From NCBI GenBank assembly GCA_964291285.2, contig OZ219787.1, positions 256,001-320,000 on the forward strand: a stretch of 64,000 nt of DNA, given 5' to 3'. The notes below the pieces were generated by a model. That model saw only the letters and a program-made list of their open reading frames with translations, was not told the DNA's origin and did not search any database. Position numbers and translations under genes: made by a program. The stretch is from Alphaproteobacteria bacterium. GTDB lineage: Bacteria; Pseudomonadota; Alphaproteobacteria; Bin95. This document shows, piece by piece, positions 7,639 through 17,358 of this stretch (positions are counted from its first letter, which is position 1; each line of letters begins with the position of its first letter).

Positions 7639-9704
7639 CCCGGCGCGCGGGCGGTCCGGTCTTCCTGCGGCACCGAGAAGATCTGGCCGGGGAAGATCAG
7701 GTCCGGATTGCCGATCTGCGCCTGGTTGGCGGCGTAGATGACGGTGTAGCGGACACCCTGGCCGTACACCCTGCGCGCGATGCGCCAGAGGCTGTTGCCC
7801 GGCTGCACCACCACGATGTCGCCCGGCGGGAAGTCGGTGATCGGGTCCGCGCGCTCGAAGGGCAGGCGGATGCGCGAGCGCGGTTCCCCCCCGGGGCCGC
7901 GTTCCTCAACCGTGAGGTCGTAGCGTCCGGGCGCGACATCGCGTTCCACGCGAAGGCGCCATTCGCCCTTTTCGTCCGCGCGGGCTTCGCCCAGCGATTC
8001 GGAGCCGGACTCCGCGCCGGCGATCTTCGGCTCGACGGTCGAGCCGGGCTTCGCCGTTCCGGAAAGCGCCAGATTGCCCTTGTCGTCGTAATCGACCGAA
8101 TCGACGGACACGCCTCCCGGCGACGGCTTGCCGCCGGCCGCTGCCTGCGCCCCTTCCGGGGCAGCCGCCGCCGGCGCGGCCGTCCCGGCGGGCGCAGCAG
8201 GAGCTTCTGCCGCCGGTTTCGGGGACGAAGCGTCGGCGCTGCCCGGCTTCGGTTCTTCAGGGGTCGCCGCGGCCATGACGGCGGGCGCCTCTTCCGTCTG
8301 TTCCTCTCCGGATGCGTCCTCGCCGGTAGCCGCCTGCCGGCCGGCCGCCGGCCGGTCCTGCTCGGGCTTTGCGGGCGCTTTGGCAACGGTCGGGGACGCC
8401 TCGCCGGTCTTGTCTTCCGAGGTCCGGTCCTCTCCGGTTGCCGCCTGCTGACCGGCCGCCGCCGAAGGGCTGGCCGGCCGGTCCTGCTCGGGCTTTGCAG
8501 GGGCTTTGGCGACGGTCGGGGACGCTTCGCCAGCCTTGTCCTCGGAAGGCTGGTCCTCTCCGGTTGCCGCCGCCTGTTGCCCGGTCGTCACCGGAGCAGG
8601 GGCCGGCCGGTCCTGCTCGGGCTTTGCGGGCGCCTTGGCGACGGTCGAAGACGCCTCGCCGGTCTTGTCTGCCGCGGGCCGGTCGTCACTCGTTGCCGCC
8701 GTCTGCCGGCCGGCAGCCCTGTCAGCGCCTTCGTCCCCGGCTTCCGCCTTCCCGGACGCCCGGGTCGCAACCCGGGTTTCCTCCGTCCCGGCGGTTGCCG
8801 GGGCAGCCTTGTCATCGGCCGGCGCCGGTGGCTGCGCAGCCTGTGTCGCGGAACCTGCCGGCGGGGCGGCCTGCTCTCCGGAAGCAGGAGCCTGCGCGGC
8901 GGTCGGAGACGGGTCCCCGCGCCCGCCCGCCGCCGGCGCCGGCTGTGGCCTCTCCCCGGCTTTCGCCGCGTCCTTGCCGGCGGGAGGCTGTTCTCCGGCT
9001 CCGCCGCCTTGTGTCGCACCCGCGCCAGCTACCGCCGCCTGCTGCGACCGGGACCCGGCTGCGTCCGCTCCCGCCGGCTGCGCCGCATCCTTCGGGGCTT
9101 CGGCAAGAACGACCGGCTTTTCAGGAGCGGCCGGGGGCTCGCCGCCGGGCGGGCTTTCGGGGCGCTGGATAACCTCGCTCGCGCCGAAGTCTCCTGTCGG
9201 AACGGCGACCACCAGCGGCTTTCCGCCGGTTCCCTCCGGGATCGAGACGACGATCGTCTTGTCGCCCACTTCCTTCTTGCCGTTCTTTCCGGTCGATTCG
9301 ATCGTCACGGCGTGGTCGCCCGCGGGCAGCGGCTTTTCGGGAAGCGCAACCCACTTGCCCCGCTCGTCGGCCTTCACCGTCGCGAGAGGTCCGTCCTGGG
9401 TGGCGACGGTGACCGACGCGCCCGGCTCGGCCTTGCCGGCGATCACGGTATCGCCGTCCTCGTTGATGCGCACGACGTCGAGTTGTGGCTTCGCCGGCAG
9501 TTCGTCGGGCGCCGCAGCAGGCGCGGCGGCAGGCGTCCCCGACGCGCCCGGCGCCTCCGCGGACGGGGCCGTCTCGGGGGCTGCAGCGGTCTGCGCCGGC
9601 GGCGCCGGCTCCGTCTCTTCGAACAGGTCGGGATAGGCACCCCGCCACAAGGCGTAGAGAACCAGCGCAAGGCCGACGACGGCTATGGGAATAATGCGGG
9701 CCAC
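7635..9704 (-). CDS. membrane-anchored LysM protein with Ig-like domains and a low-complexity repeat linker
   Basis: N-terminal TM helix; LDVVRINEDGDTVIAGKAEPG; SVDSVDYDDKGNLALSG; C-terminal LysM VVQPGNSLWRIARRVYG...IYAANQ...NPDLIFPGQ. Confidence 0.88.
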   Translation of the reverse strand: MARIIPIAVVGLALVLYALWRGAYPDLFEETEPAPPAQTAAAPETAPSAEAPGASGTPAAAPAAAPDELPAKPQLDVVRINEDGDTVIAGKAEPGASVTVATQDGPLATVKADERGKWVALPEKPLPAGDHAVTIESTGKNGKKEVGDKTIVVSIPEGTGGKPLVVAVPTGDFGASEVIQRPESPPGGEPPAAPEKPVVLAEAPKDAAQPAGADAAGSRSQQAAVAGAGATQGGGAGEQPPAGKDAAKAGERPQPAPAAGGRGDPSPTAAQAPASGEQAAPPAGSATQAAQPPAPADDKAAPATAGTEETRVATRASGKAEAGDEGADRAAGRQTAATSDDRPAADKTGEASSTVAKAPAKPEQDRPAPAPVTTGQQAAATGEDQPSEDKAGEASPTVAKAPAKPEQDRPASPSAAAGQQAATGEDRTSEDKTGEASPTVAKAPAKPEQDRPAAGRQAATGEDASGEEQTEEAPAVMAAATPEEPKPGSADASSPKPAAEAPAAPAGTAAPAAAAPEGAQAAAGGKPSPGGVSVDSVDYDDKGNLALSGTAKPGSTVEPKIAGAESGSESLGEARADEKGEWRLRVERDVAPGRYDLTVEERGPGGEPRSRIRLPFERADPITDFPPGDIVVVQPGNSLWRIARRVYGQGVRYTVIYAANQAQIGNPDLIFPGQIFSVPQEDRTARAPG
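8351..8710 (-). repeat. three in-frame tandem repeats (~126-129 bp) in the LysM gene
   Basis: Unit resembling EDKxGEASPTVAKAPAKPEQDRPA starts near 8351, 8477 and 8606 on the + strand. Confidence 0.85.
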
Positions 9705-9767
9705 GAACGCTACCGTTTCGTTACGATGGCAACATAGACCGCGCTACCCGTCGAAGAAAGGTTCGAC

Positions 9768-10325
9768 ATGACGAAGATCGAGAGCGTCTGCGTGTTCTGC
9801 GGCTCCCGGGTCGGGGACAGGCCGGCGCGCCGCGCGCTTGCGGCGGAGACCGGGCGGCTTATCGCGGAGGCCGGCATGCGCACCGTCTATGGCGGCGGGC
9901 ATGTGGGCCTGATGGGCGTGCTCGCCGACGCCGCGCTGGAGGCAGGCGGCGAGGTCATAGGGGTCATTCCCGAATTCCTGCATGAGCGGGAAGTGATGCA
10001 TTCCGGCCTGACGGAGCTCGTGGTGACCCCGTCCATGCACGAACGCAAGGCGGAGATGCATGCCCGCTCCGACGCCTTCCTCGTCCTCCCCGGCGGCATC
10101 GGCACGCTGGACGAGGTTGCGGAGGCGCTGTCCTGGATCAGCCTCGACCTGCACCGCAAGCCGGTCATCCTGGTGGACCGCGCCTTCTGGTCGCCGCTCT
10201 CGCACCTGCTCTCGGAGATGGAGTGCGCAGGTTTCGTCTCGCCGGACCTGCTGGAAAGCACGGCCTTCGTCGAAACCGCAGGCGAGGCGCTCGCCCTGCT
10301 GGCTGAGCGGGGCGGACGCGACTGA
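9768..10325 (+). CDS. LOG-family (TIGR00730) phosphoribohydrolase
   Basis: VCVFCGS, VYGGGHVGLMG, MHERK, LPGGIGTLDE. Confidence 0.92.
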   Translation: MTKIESVCVFCGSRVGDRPARRALAAETGRLIAEAGMRTVYGGGHVGLMGVLADAALEAGGEVIGVIPEFLHEREVMHSGLTELVVTPSMHERKAEMHARSDAFLVLPGGIGTLDEVAEALSWISLDLHRKPVILVDRAFWSPLSHLLSEMECAGFVSPDLLESTAFVETAGEALALLAERGGRD

Positions 10326-10394
10326 CCGCCGGTTGCGCGGCGGCGCGGGGGCTGTCACATTCCGGCCGCGCTGGAAAAGCAGGGGAAAGGGGTC

Positions 10395-11546
10395 ATGGAA
10401 CGGGCCGAGCAGATCAGGATCGGGCACAGGCTGCTTGCGCATCTCGACGCGAAATCCACCGACCGGACGGACGAGGTGTTCCGCCTCGGCGTGGAGGATT
10501 ACACCTGCCGCGACCAGCTCGCCTCGGAGCAGCAGGCCTTCTTCCGGCGCATGCCGCTCGCCATCGGCCTCTCCTGCCTGCTGCCCGAGCCGGGGGACTT
10601 CCTCGCCCACGACCATTCCGGCGACCCGCTGCTGTTCGTCCGCCAGCGGGACGGCAGCCTTCGCGGCTTCCTGAACGTCTGCCGGCATCGCGGCGCCAAG
10701 CTCGCCCGGGGCTGCGGCCATGCCTCCGCCTTCTCCTGCCCCTACCACGCCTGGACCTACGGACTGGACGGCAGGCTGCTGTCGCGCCCGGACGAGCAGT
10801 CCTTTTCCGGCGTGGAGAAGGCAACCAGCGGCCTCGTGCAAATTCCCTGCATCGAGCGCGACGGCGTCATCTGGGCCTCGGCGACGCCGGGCGCCGATCT
10901 CGACCTCGACGCGCATCTCGGGCCGCTCGCCAGAGACCTCGCCGCCTACGGCCTGGCCGGCTACCACCATTACGAGACGCGCGAGTGCAGCCGGTCCTTC
11001 AACTGGAAGCTGCTGGTGGACACCTTCCTCGAGACCTACCACCTCTCGACGCTGCACACCGAGACCATCCATCCGATCATCCACACCAATCTCTGCGCCT
11101 TCGACGCGATGGGCCGGCACCTGCGCATGACCGGCGCGCGCCGGACCATCGAGGAAATGCGCGGACAGGCGGAAGCCGACTGGGACGTGATCCGCCACAC
11201 GGTGATCGTCTATGTGCTCTTCCCCAACACGGTGTTCCTCGTGCAGGGCGACCATATCGAGACCTGGCATGTCTATCCGGCGCCGGGCGACCCGGACCGC
11301 TGCAACATGCGGATTTCGCTCTACACGCCCGAGCCGCCGCTGACCGACAGCGCGCGCCGGCACTGGGACAATAATTTCGACCTCCTGATGCGCACCGTCG
11401 AGGGCGAGGACTTTCCCGTGGGCGAGGACATGCAGCGCGGCTTCCACTCGCTGGCGCAGAGCCACATCACCTTCGGGCGCAACGAGCCGGCGCTCGCCCA
11501 TTTCCACGCCCAGGTCAGGGACGCGCTCGGACTCGAGGCCGCCTGA
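10395..11546 (+). CDS. Rieske oxygenase alpha subunit (homo-oligomeric type)
   Basis: NVCRHRG...CPYHAW, NWKLLVDTFLETYHLSTLH, EDF...MQRG. Confidence 0.9.
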   Translation: MERAEQIRIGHRLLAHLDAKSTDRTDEVFRLGVEDYTCRDQLASEQQAFFRRMPLAIGLSCLLPEPGDFLAHDHSGDPLLFVRQRDGSLRGFLNVCRHRGAKLARGCGHASAFSCPYHAWTYGLDGRLLSRPDEQSFSGVEKATSGLVQIPCIERDGVIWASATPGADLDLDAHLGPLARDLAAYGLAGYHHYETRECSRSFNWKLLVDTFLETYHLSTLHTETIHPIIHTNLCAFDAMGRHLRMTGARRTIEEMRGQAEADWDVIRHTVIVYVLFPNTVFLVQGDHIETWHVYPAPGDPDRCNMRISLYTPEPPLTDSARRHWDNNFDLLMRTVEGEDFPVGEDMQRGFHSLAQSHITFGRNEPALAHFHAQVRDALGLEAA

Positions 11547-11551
11547 GGGCC

Positions 11552-12439
11552 ATGACCGGCGGCCCGGCGGAATACGGCCATGACGAGCGCATGTTCGACT
11601 GGCCGACGGTCTATCGCGGCGACCTGTTCCAGGGCGAGACGGCGCTGGTCTCCGGCGGCGGCAGCGGGCTCGGCAAGGCGACGGCGATCCTGTTCGCGCG
11701 GCTCGGCGCCCGGGTCACCGTCATCGGGCGCGACCGGGCCAAGCTCGATGCGCTGGAGGCGCAATTCGGGGAACGCGGCCTCCGACTGGACGCGGCCGTC
11801 TGCAACATCCGCGACCCGGAGGCCGTCAGCGCGCTGCTCGGGCGCGTGTTCGAGGAGCACGGGCGGCTGGATCATCTCGTCAACAATGCCGGCGGCCAGT
11901 TCGCGCAGGACGCCATCGACTTCTCGGTCAAGGGCTGGCGGGCCGTCATCGACACCAACCTGAACGGCACCTGGTGGATGATGCAGACCGCCGCCCGCTT
12001 CTGGCGGGAGCGGGAGGAAAGCGGCTCCATCGTCAATGTCGTCGCGGACATATGGCGCGGCATACCCGGCGTGGCGCATACGACCGCGGCGCGCGCCGGC
12101 GTGGTCTATCTCTCCAGGACGGTGGCGGTCGAGTGGGCGCCGCTTGGCATCCGCATCAATTGCGTGGCGCCCGGCTGCTGCGAGACGACGGCGTTCGGCC
12201 GCTACCCGGCATCAGGCGCCGCCACATTCGCCCAGTCCAACCCGATGCTGCGCGCGGGAGACGAATGGGACGTGGCGGAAGCCATTGCCTATCTGTCGGC
12301 GCCGTCGGGCAAGTTCATCACCGGCGAAGTGGTGACGGTGGACGGCGGCCAGCAGCTTTGGGGCGACCCCTGGGCGTTCGGGCGGCCGTCCTGGTTCGAA
12401 CTCGACTATTCCGGCGCCGGGCGGGAGGACGGGTTGTGA
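11552..12439 (+). CDS. SDR oxidoreductase (trans-2-enoyl/dienoyl-CoA reductase-like)
   Basis: VSGGGSGLG, LVNNAGGQF, AHTTAARAGV. Confidence 0.88.
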   Translation: MTGGPAEYGHDERMFDWPTVYRGDLFQGETALVSGGGSGLGKATAILFARLGARVTVIGRDRAKLDALEAQFGERGLRLDAAVCNIRDPEAVSALLGRVFEEHGRLDHLVNNAGGQFAQDAIDFSVKGWRAVIDTNLNGTWWMMQTAARFWREREESGSIVNVVADIWRGIPGVAHTTAARAGVVYLSRTVAVEWAPLGIRINCVAPGCCETTAFGRYPASGAATFAQSNPMLRAGDEWDVAEAIAYLSAPSGKFITGEVVTVDGGQQLWGDPWAFGRPSWFELDYSGAGREDGL

Positions 12440-13623
12440 GCGCGCCGATGGAGGGCATCCGGGTCCTCGACCTCACCTCCGTGCTGTTCGGCCCCTATTG
12501 CACCATGCTGCTCGGGGACATGGGCGCCGACGTGGTGAAGATCGAGGCGCCCGCGGGCGATACGACCCGCTCCACCGGGCCGGGGCGCAATCCCGGCATG
12601 GCGGCCTTTTTCCTGCTCTGCAACCGCAACAAGCGCAGCGTCTGCCTCGACCTCAAGCAGGAGGGCGCGCGCGAGGCGCTCTGGCGGCTGGTGGACACGG
12701 CCGACGTGTTCATCCACTCGATCCGCCCGCAGGCCATCGACCGGCTCGGCTTCGGCCCGGACGCGGTCAGGGCGCGCAATCCGCGCATGGTCTATGTCGG
12801 GCTGCACGGCTTCTCGGAGGCGGGGCCCTATGCCGGGCGGCCGGCCTATGACGACATCATCCAGGGCGGCTCCGGCCTGGCGGCGCTGATGGAGCCGCTC
12901 GCGGGCGAGCCGCGCTTCACGCCGATGGTCGCCGCCGACAAGACCTGCGGGCTGATGGCGGCCTCGGCCGTGACGGCCGCGCTGCTGCACCGGGAACGGA
13001 CGGGGGAAGGCCAGTTCGTCGAGGTGCCGATGTTCGAGACGATGGCGCATTTCAACACCATGGAGCATCTCTACGGCCATGTGTTCGACCCGCCGCTGGC
13101 GCCGATGGGCTATCCGCGCGTGCTCGCCCGCTGGCGCAAGCCCTACCCGACGGCGGACGGGCACCTGAACGTGCTCCCCTACAATGACGGCCAATGGCGG
13201 CGCTTCGTCGAGGCGGTGGGCCGGCCGCAGCTCGCGGACGACCCGCTCTACGCCGACCTCGGCGCGCGCACGGAGAATGTCGAGCAGCTCTATGTCACCG
13301 TCGGGGAAATCCTGGCGACGCGCACCACGGAGGAATGGGTCGAACTGCTGGAGCGGCTGGAGATCCCCTATATGCGCGTGAACGCGATGGAGGACCTCGC
13401 CGACGACCCGCACCTGAAGGCGGTCGGCTTCTTCCGCCATATGGAGCATCCGAGCGAGGGGCCCATCGTGCAGCCGGACTTCCCGGTGCGCTTCGGGAAC
13501 AGCGGCCATGTCTATGCCCATCACTCGCCGCGCCTGGGCCAGCACACCGCCGAACTGCTGGCTGAAGCCGGCTACGGGGCGGAGGAGATCGACGCGCTGC
13601 TCGCGTCGGGCGCCGCAGTTTGA
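12436..13623 (+). CDS. family III CoA-transferase (CaiB/BaiF)
   Basis: GIRVLDLTSVLFGPY..MLLGDMGADVVKIE, NRNKRSVCLDLK, RPAYDDIIQ. Confidence 0.92.
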   Translation: MSAPMEGIRVLDLTSVLFGPYCTMLLGDMGADVVKIEAPAGDTTRSTGPGRNPGMAAFFLLCNRNKRSVCLDLKQEGAREALWRLVDTADVFIHSIRPQAIDRLGFGPDAVRARNPRMVYVGLHGFSEAGPYAGRPAYDDIIQGGSGLAALMEPLAGEPRFTPMVAADKTCGLMAASAVTAALLHRERTGEGQFVEVPMFETMAHFNTMEHLYGHVFDPPLAPMGYPRVLARWRKPYPTADGHLNVLPYNDGQWRRFVEAVGRPQLADDPLYADLGARTENVEQLYVTVGEILATRTTEEWVELLERLEIPYMRVNAMEDLADDPHLKAVGFFRHMEHPSEGPIVQPDFPVRFGNSGHVYAHHSPRLGQHTAELLAEAGYGAEEIDALLASGAAV

Positions 13624-13698
13624 GTTGCCCGGCTTGCACGGCGTTTCGCAAACGCTAGGTTGCCCGGACAGGACAGAACGCGCCCGGCATTGACGGAG

Positions 13699-15069
13699 AT
13701 GACGGCGAACACCGGACAGAATCGCGCGCCCGATCTGGACAGGCTCCCGGACTTCATCGAGGAACGGGACCGGAATGCTGCGTGGTTCTTCGTGGGGCGC
13801 AGTACACAGGTCGAGTATATCGAGAGAACCTGCGATCTGGCGCTTCGCCGTTTCCAGGAGGGTACGGCGCTGGCGGGCGCAACCGTACTCATACAGGGCG
13901 CCCCGGGCGCCGGTAAGACTGCCTTGCTCAAGCATCTTCGGGAAAAATGGGCAATGGCAGACACGGTGTCGGCGCCCGTCGCCCTGTATGTCGATCCCTC
14001 GGAACTCGGGGACCCGGCAGCGATTATGACGCGCATCGCCGAAGCCATCGATCCGGCCAAGGCAACCGAATTTCGCCGGACAACCGCTTCGGGCGGAGAG
14101 GCAAAGGCGGGAGTGCTCGGCGTAGGCGTAGGCGGGACATGGGGCGCTGCGACGGCGCCGCCCCCCCCGGATTTCGCCGCTCTTCGGATGCTGTTTCCCG
14201 CCGAGGCATGGACGCGCCCACTCTGCCTGATGGTCGATGAGGTCCAGGGCCTGACCCAGCATCAGGCCGCCTTGCTTCGACCGTTGCACCTGGCGGGCGA
14301 CGGCCTTCCTATCGTGCCGGTTCTGGCCGGCTTGGCGAGTTCGCAGGAGGCCCTCGCCAGACAAGGGGGCATTTCCCGCCTCTCGACGGGCGCCGTGCAC
14401 ACGCTCGGCCGCCTTGGCGCCGGACAGGCAGCGGAAGCCGTGCAGCGGATGCTGGCCTGCTTCCGCATCGGGGCGGAGGACGCCGAAGCCGAGCGGTGGG
14501 CGGCGCTGCTGGAACACGATTCGGACCGCTGGCCGCAGCATCTTCAAAACGCGATGCGGGCGCTCGGTGAGGGGCTGTTGAAGGCCGGCGGCGTGCTCTC
14601 CGCGGTCGACGAAACGGCGGTGCTTCGCCGCGCGCAGGCATGGCGGCTCGAATCCTACAGGCAGCGCAGAAGCCCGGAGATGCGGGGTGCGGTCATCCTT
14701 GTAGGCCACCTCATGGCAGCGGTCGGGGATGGCGGGCTTCACAGGCACCAGATCGTCGACACCATCAGCGCCCGTATCGGCGACAGGCCCGAAGGCAGCA
14801 GCGCCAGGCGGCTGCCCAACGGCATTTCGCCGGAAGAGTTCCTCGAACACCTCATTCACAGGGGCGCACTGCAGGAGGGCGAGGACGACAGGCTGGTCTG
14901 CCCGATCCCCAGCTTCCGCACTTTCCTGATCGAAGAGGCCGTCCGTACCATGTTCGACAAGAATGAATTCATCCTCGAAGGGACTGGGGAGCATTCCCCG
15001 ACAGAACACGACGCCCGGCTTCTGACGGAAATGGATCGTGAACCCGAACCGACCGATCCGGCCGGGTAA
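13699..15069 (+). CDS. P-loop ATPase of unknown function (AAA_16/STAND-like)
   Basis: FFVGRSTQV, Walker A IQGAPGAGKT, Walker B LCLMVDEVQ, C-terminal LIHRGAL..IPSFRTFL; visibly lower GC than the flanking genes. Confidence 0.8.
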   Translation: MTANTGQNRAPDLDRLPDFIEERDRNAAWFFVGRSTQVEYIERTCDLALRRFQEGTALAGATVLIQGAPGAGKTALLKHLREKWAMADTVSAPVALYVDPSELGDPAAIMTRIAEAIDPAKATEFRRTTASGGEAKAGVLGVGVGGTWGAATAPPPPDFAALRMLFPAEAWTRPLCLMVDEVQGLTQHQAALLRPLHLAGDGLPIVPVLAGLASSQEALARQGGISRLSTGAVHTLGRLGAGQAAEAVQRMLACFRIGAEDAEAERWAALLEHDSDRWPQHLQNAMRALGEGLLKAGGVLSAVDETAVLRRAQAWRLESYRQRRSPEMRGAVILVGHLMAAVGDGGLHRHQIVDTISARIGDRPEGSSARRLPNGISPEEFLEHLIHRGALQEGEDDRLVCPIPSFRTFLIEEAVRTMFDKNEFILEGTGEHSPTEHDARLLTEMDREPEPTDPAG

Positions 15070-15117
15070 GTCCGGCCTGCAACCGAATCCTGCCGAAGAA
15101 CAAGGAACACCAAGCCC

Positions 15118-15576
15118 ATGCGCACTGTCGGCCTCGGCCTGCACTGGGACGAACTCGAAATCGGGGAGCGGTTCCGCACCATCAACCGCACCGTGACCGA
15201 AGCGGACCTCGTGAACTTCATCAATGCCTGCGGCATGGTGGAGATGATCTTCACCGACACCACCTATGCGGGCCAGGGCGCGATTGCCGGGGCGCGGCCG
15301 GTGCCGGGCGCGCTCTGCTACACCTTCGCCGAGGGGCTGCTGGTGCAGTCCACCATGCAGCACACCGGGCTCGCCATGCTGGAGACCGAGCTCAAGGTGC
15401 TGGGCCCGACCAATGTCGGCGACACCATCCATGTCGAGGTGGAGGTGCTGAATGTGCGCGCCACCAGCAAGGGCAATCGCGGCATCGTGACGACGAGGAA
15501 CGACGTGGTGAACCAGCGCGGCGAGACGGTGGTGAGCTACAAGGCCGTCCGGATGATGAAGGGGCGCGAGAATTGA
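15118..15576 (+). CDS. MaoC-family dehydratase
   Basis: RTVTEADLVNF, GDTIHVEVEV, RGIVTTRNDVVNQRGETV. Confidence 0.88.
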   Translation: MRTVGLGLHWDELEIGERFRTINRTVTEADLVNFINACGMVEMIFTDTTYAGQGAIAGARPVPGALCYTFAEGLLVQSTMQHTGLAMLETELKVLGPTNVGDTIHVEVEVLNVRATSKGNRGIVTTRNDVVNQRGETVVSYKAVRMMKGREN

Positions 15577-16529
15577 GCGGCGAGCCCGCCGAGGCCCGGC
15601 TCGCGGCTACGCTCATGCTCGGCCGCGACGGGCCGGGCGGCATCGAGGTCTTCATGGTGGTGCGCCATCACCGCATCGACTTCGCCACCGGCGCGCTGGT
15701 GTTTCCGGGCGGCAAGGTGGAGGAGGCGGACCGCGACCCCCGGCTGCGCACCCGCTGCCGGGGCGGCGAGGATCTCTCCGACGCTGCGCTCGCAATCCGC
15801 ACGGCCTGCGTGCGCGAAGCCTTCGAGGAGGCGGGCGTGCTGCTGGCCCGCGAGCGGGGCGGCGGGGAGTTTGTCGGGCCGGACCGGCTGGCGGCGCTCC
15901 GGGAACGCTGGCGGCTCGCGCTGGAGCAGGACCGTGCCGCCATGGCCGAGATGGCGGAGGCCGAGGACCTGGAATTCGCGACCGATGCGCTTATACCAAC
16001 GGTCGTTGATTGGAACCTATAGCAGAGCCTCCCTCCGCAGCTCGCCCCCTGAGCCGAGGCCTCCTACTGCAAGAGGTAATCTCCGCCGAGAGAGGCTAAT
16101 CGGTTCTTATCTGTGGCCGGTGGTATTACCCGCTTCGCCCACTGGGTCACGCCCGAGCACATGCCGAAGCGCTTCGACACGCATTTCTATCTCGCCGAAG
16201 CGCCGCCGGCGCAGATGCGCGCGGCGGCGCATGACGGGCGCGAGTCGGTCGATTCGGTCTGGATCTCCTGGGAGGCGCTCCGGCAGGGGCAGGCCGACGG
16301 CCGCTACACGGTGCTCTTCCCCACAAGGCTCAACATGGAGAAGCTCGGCCGCTCGCGCACCGTGGCCGAGGCGCGCGCGGCGGCGGCCGCGGCTGCGGTC
16401 GTACCCGTGCTGCCGCAGGTCGAGTTCGTCGAGGGCGGGCGGATCATGCGCATTCCCGAGGAGGCAGGCTACGGCCGCGCGGAGTTCCGCATCGAGGGCA
16501 AACCCGGCGGCGACGCGCGGCCCGCGTGA
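15573..16529 (+). pseudogene. NUDIX hydrolase disrupted by a MITE
   Basis: VFPGGKVE...CVREAFEEAGV Nudix box. Excising 15994-16128 restores ...FATDALTRFAHWVTPEHMPKRFDTHFY. Confidence 0.88.
15994..16125. mobile_element. 132-bp MITE
   Basis: Imperfect 24-bp TIRs (TACCAACGGTCGTTGATTGGAACC vs TACCACCGGCCACAGATAAGAACC, 17/24); TTA duplicated at 15991-15993 and 16126-16128. Confidence 0.85.
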
Positions 16530-16609
16530 ACCCTCCCGCATTCCGCAGCCGGGCGGCTTGTGGCAGAGTGGGCGCTGCGCGACCGACCGGGGCAGGGAGG
16601 GCCGGGACG

Positions 16610-16972
16610 ATGTTCGACAAGGGGCATCTGGAATTCCACAGCGTCGATCTGGACACGGGCTGGGAGGTGCCGGCGGGCTATCCGGCCGGCATCGAGCAGA
16701 AGATACTGGCCGGCGGGCTCGACGAGGCGGCGGGCAAGGGCAACCGCTCGCGTCTGCTGCGTTTCGCGCCGGGAGCCTTCACCACCGAGCCCTTCGTGCA
16801 TGACTACTGGGAGGAGGTCTATCTGCTCTCGGGCGACCTGGTGGTCGGCACGGATGAGGAGGCCGAGAGCTTCGCGCCCAACACCTATGCCTGCCGTCCG
16901 CCCGGCGCCTATCACGGGCCGTTCCGCTCCGACGGCGGCTGCATGCTGCTCGAAATCCACTATTACGCCTGA
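16610..16972 (+). CDS. ChrR-like cupin protein
   Basis: RLLRFAPG....PFVHDYWEEVYLLSGDL...YACRPPGAYHGPF. Confidence 0.85.
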   Translation: MFDKGHLEFHSVDLDTGWEVPAGYPAGIEQKILAGGLDEAAGKGNRSRLLRFAPGAFTTEPFVHDYWEEVYLLSGDLVVGTDEEAESFAPNTYACRPPGAYHGPFRSDGGCMLLEIHYYA

Positions 16973-17129
16973 GGCGGGAACATTACGCCCGGGACGGGAA
17001 CACGCCGCATTTGCGCCCCATTTGACGGTGATATTGGCATCCGGCGGCGGGGCTTTCCCGGCTCCGGCGCCATCATGTCCCCTCGGACTCCTTCCTGTGC
17101 CTCGTGGCCGGCATGGACCTTCCCCGTCC

Positions 17130-17349
17130 ATGCCGGCCGTTCTTCCATGCCGCAAAGGCTGATTGGCACTGGCCACGCATATCCCGATATTGAAATGCCG
17201 GCATCGTTGGAAACGACCGGGTTGTGTTCAATATCGGCGGCAACAGGTACCGGCTGGTTGTGAGGTTCGACTATCGCCATGGCATCGGCTTTGTGCGGTT
17301 CGTCGGCACGCATGCCGAATACGACCGGATCGACGCAGCGAGCATATAG
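17130..17349 (+). pseudogene. higB: HigB toxin remnant (5' boundary approximate)
   Basis: After an in-frame TGA at 17191: NAGIVGNDRVVFNIGGNRYRLVVRFDYRHGIGFVRFVGTHAEYDRID; 5' part degenerate. Confidence 0.8.
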
Positions 17350-17358
17350 GAGGCCGAA

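Noticed and set aside
12406-15432. 1008-aa minus-strand ORF and similar long ORFs (2801-4915, 7410-9737, 33060-35570)
   Set aside because: Antisense shadows of recognisable genes in GC-rich DNA, with no motifs of their own.
15994-16125. In-frame intein or coding insertion in the NUDIX gene
   Set aside because: It contains in-frame stops and has the TIRs and TSD of a MITE.
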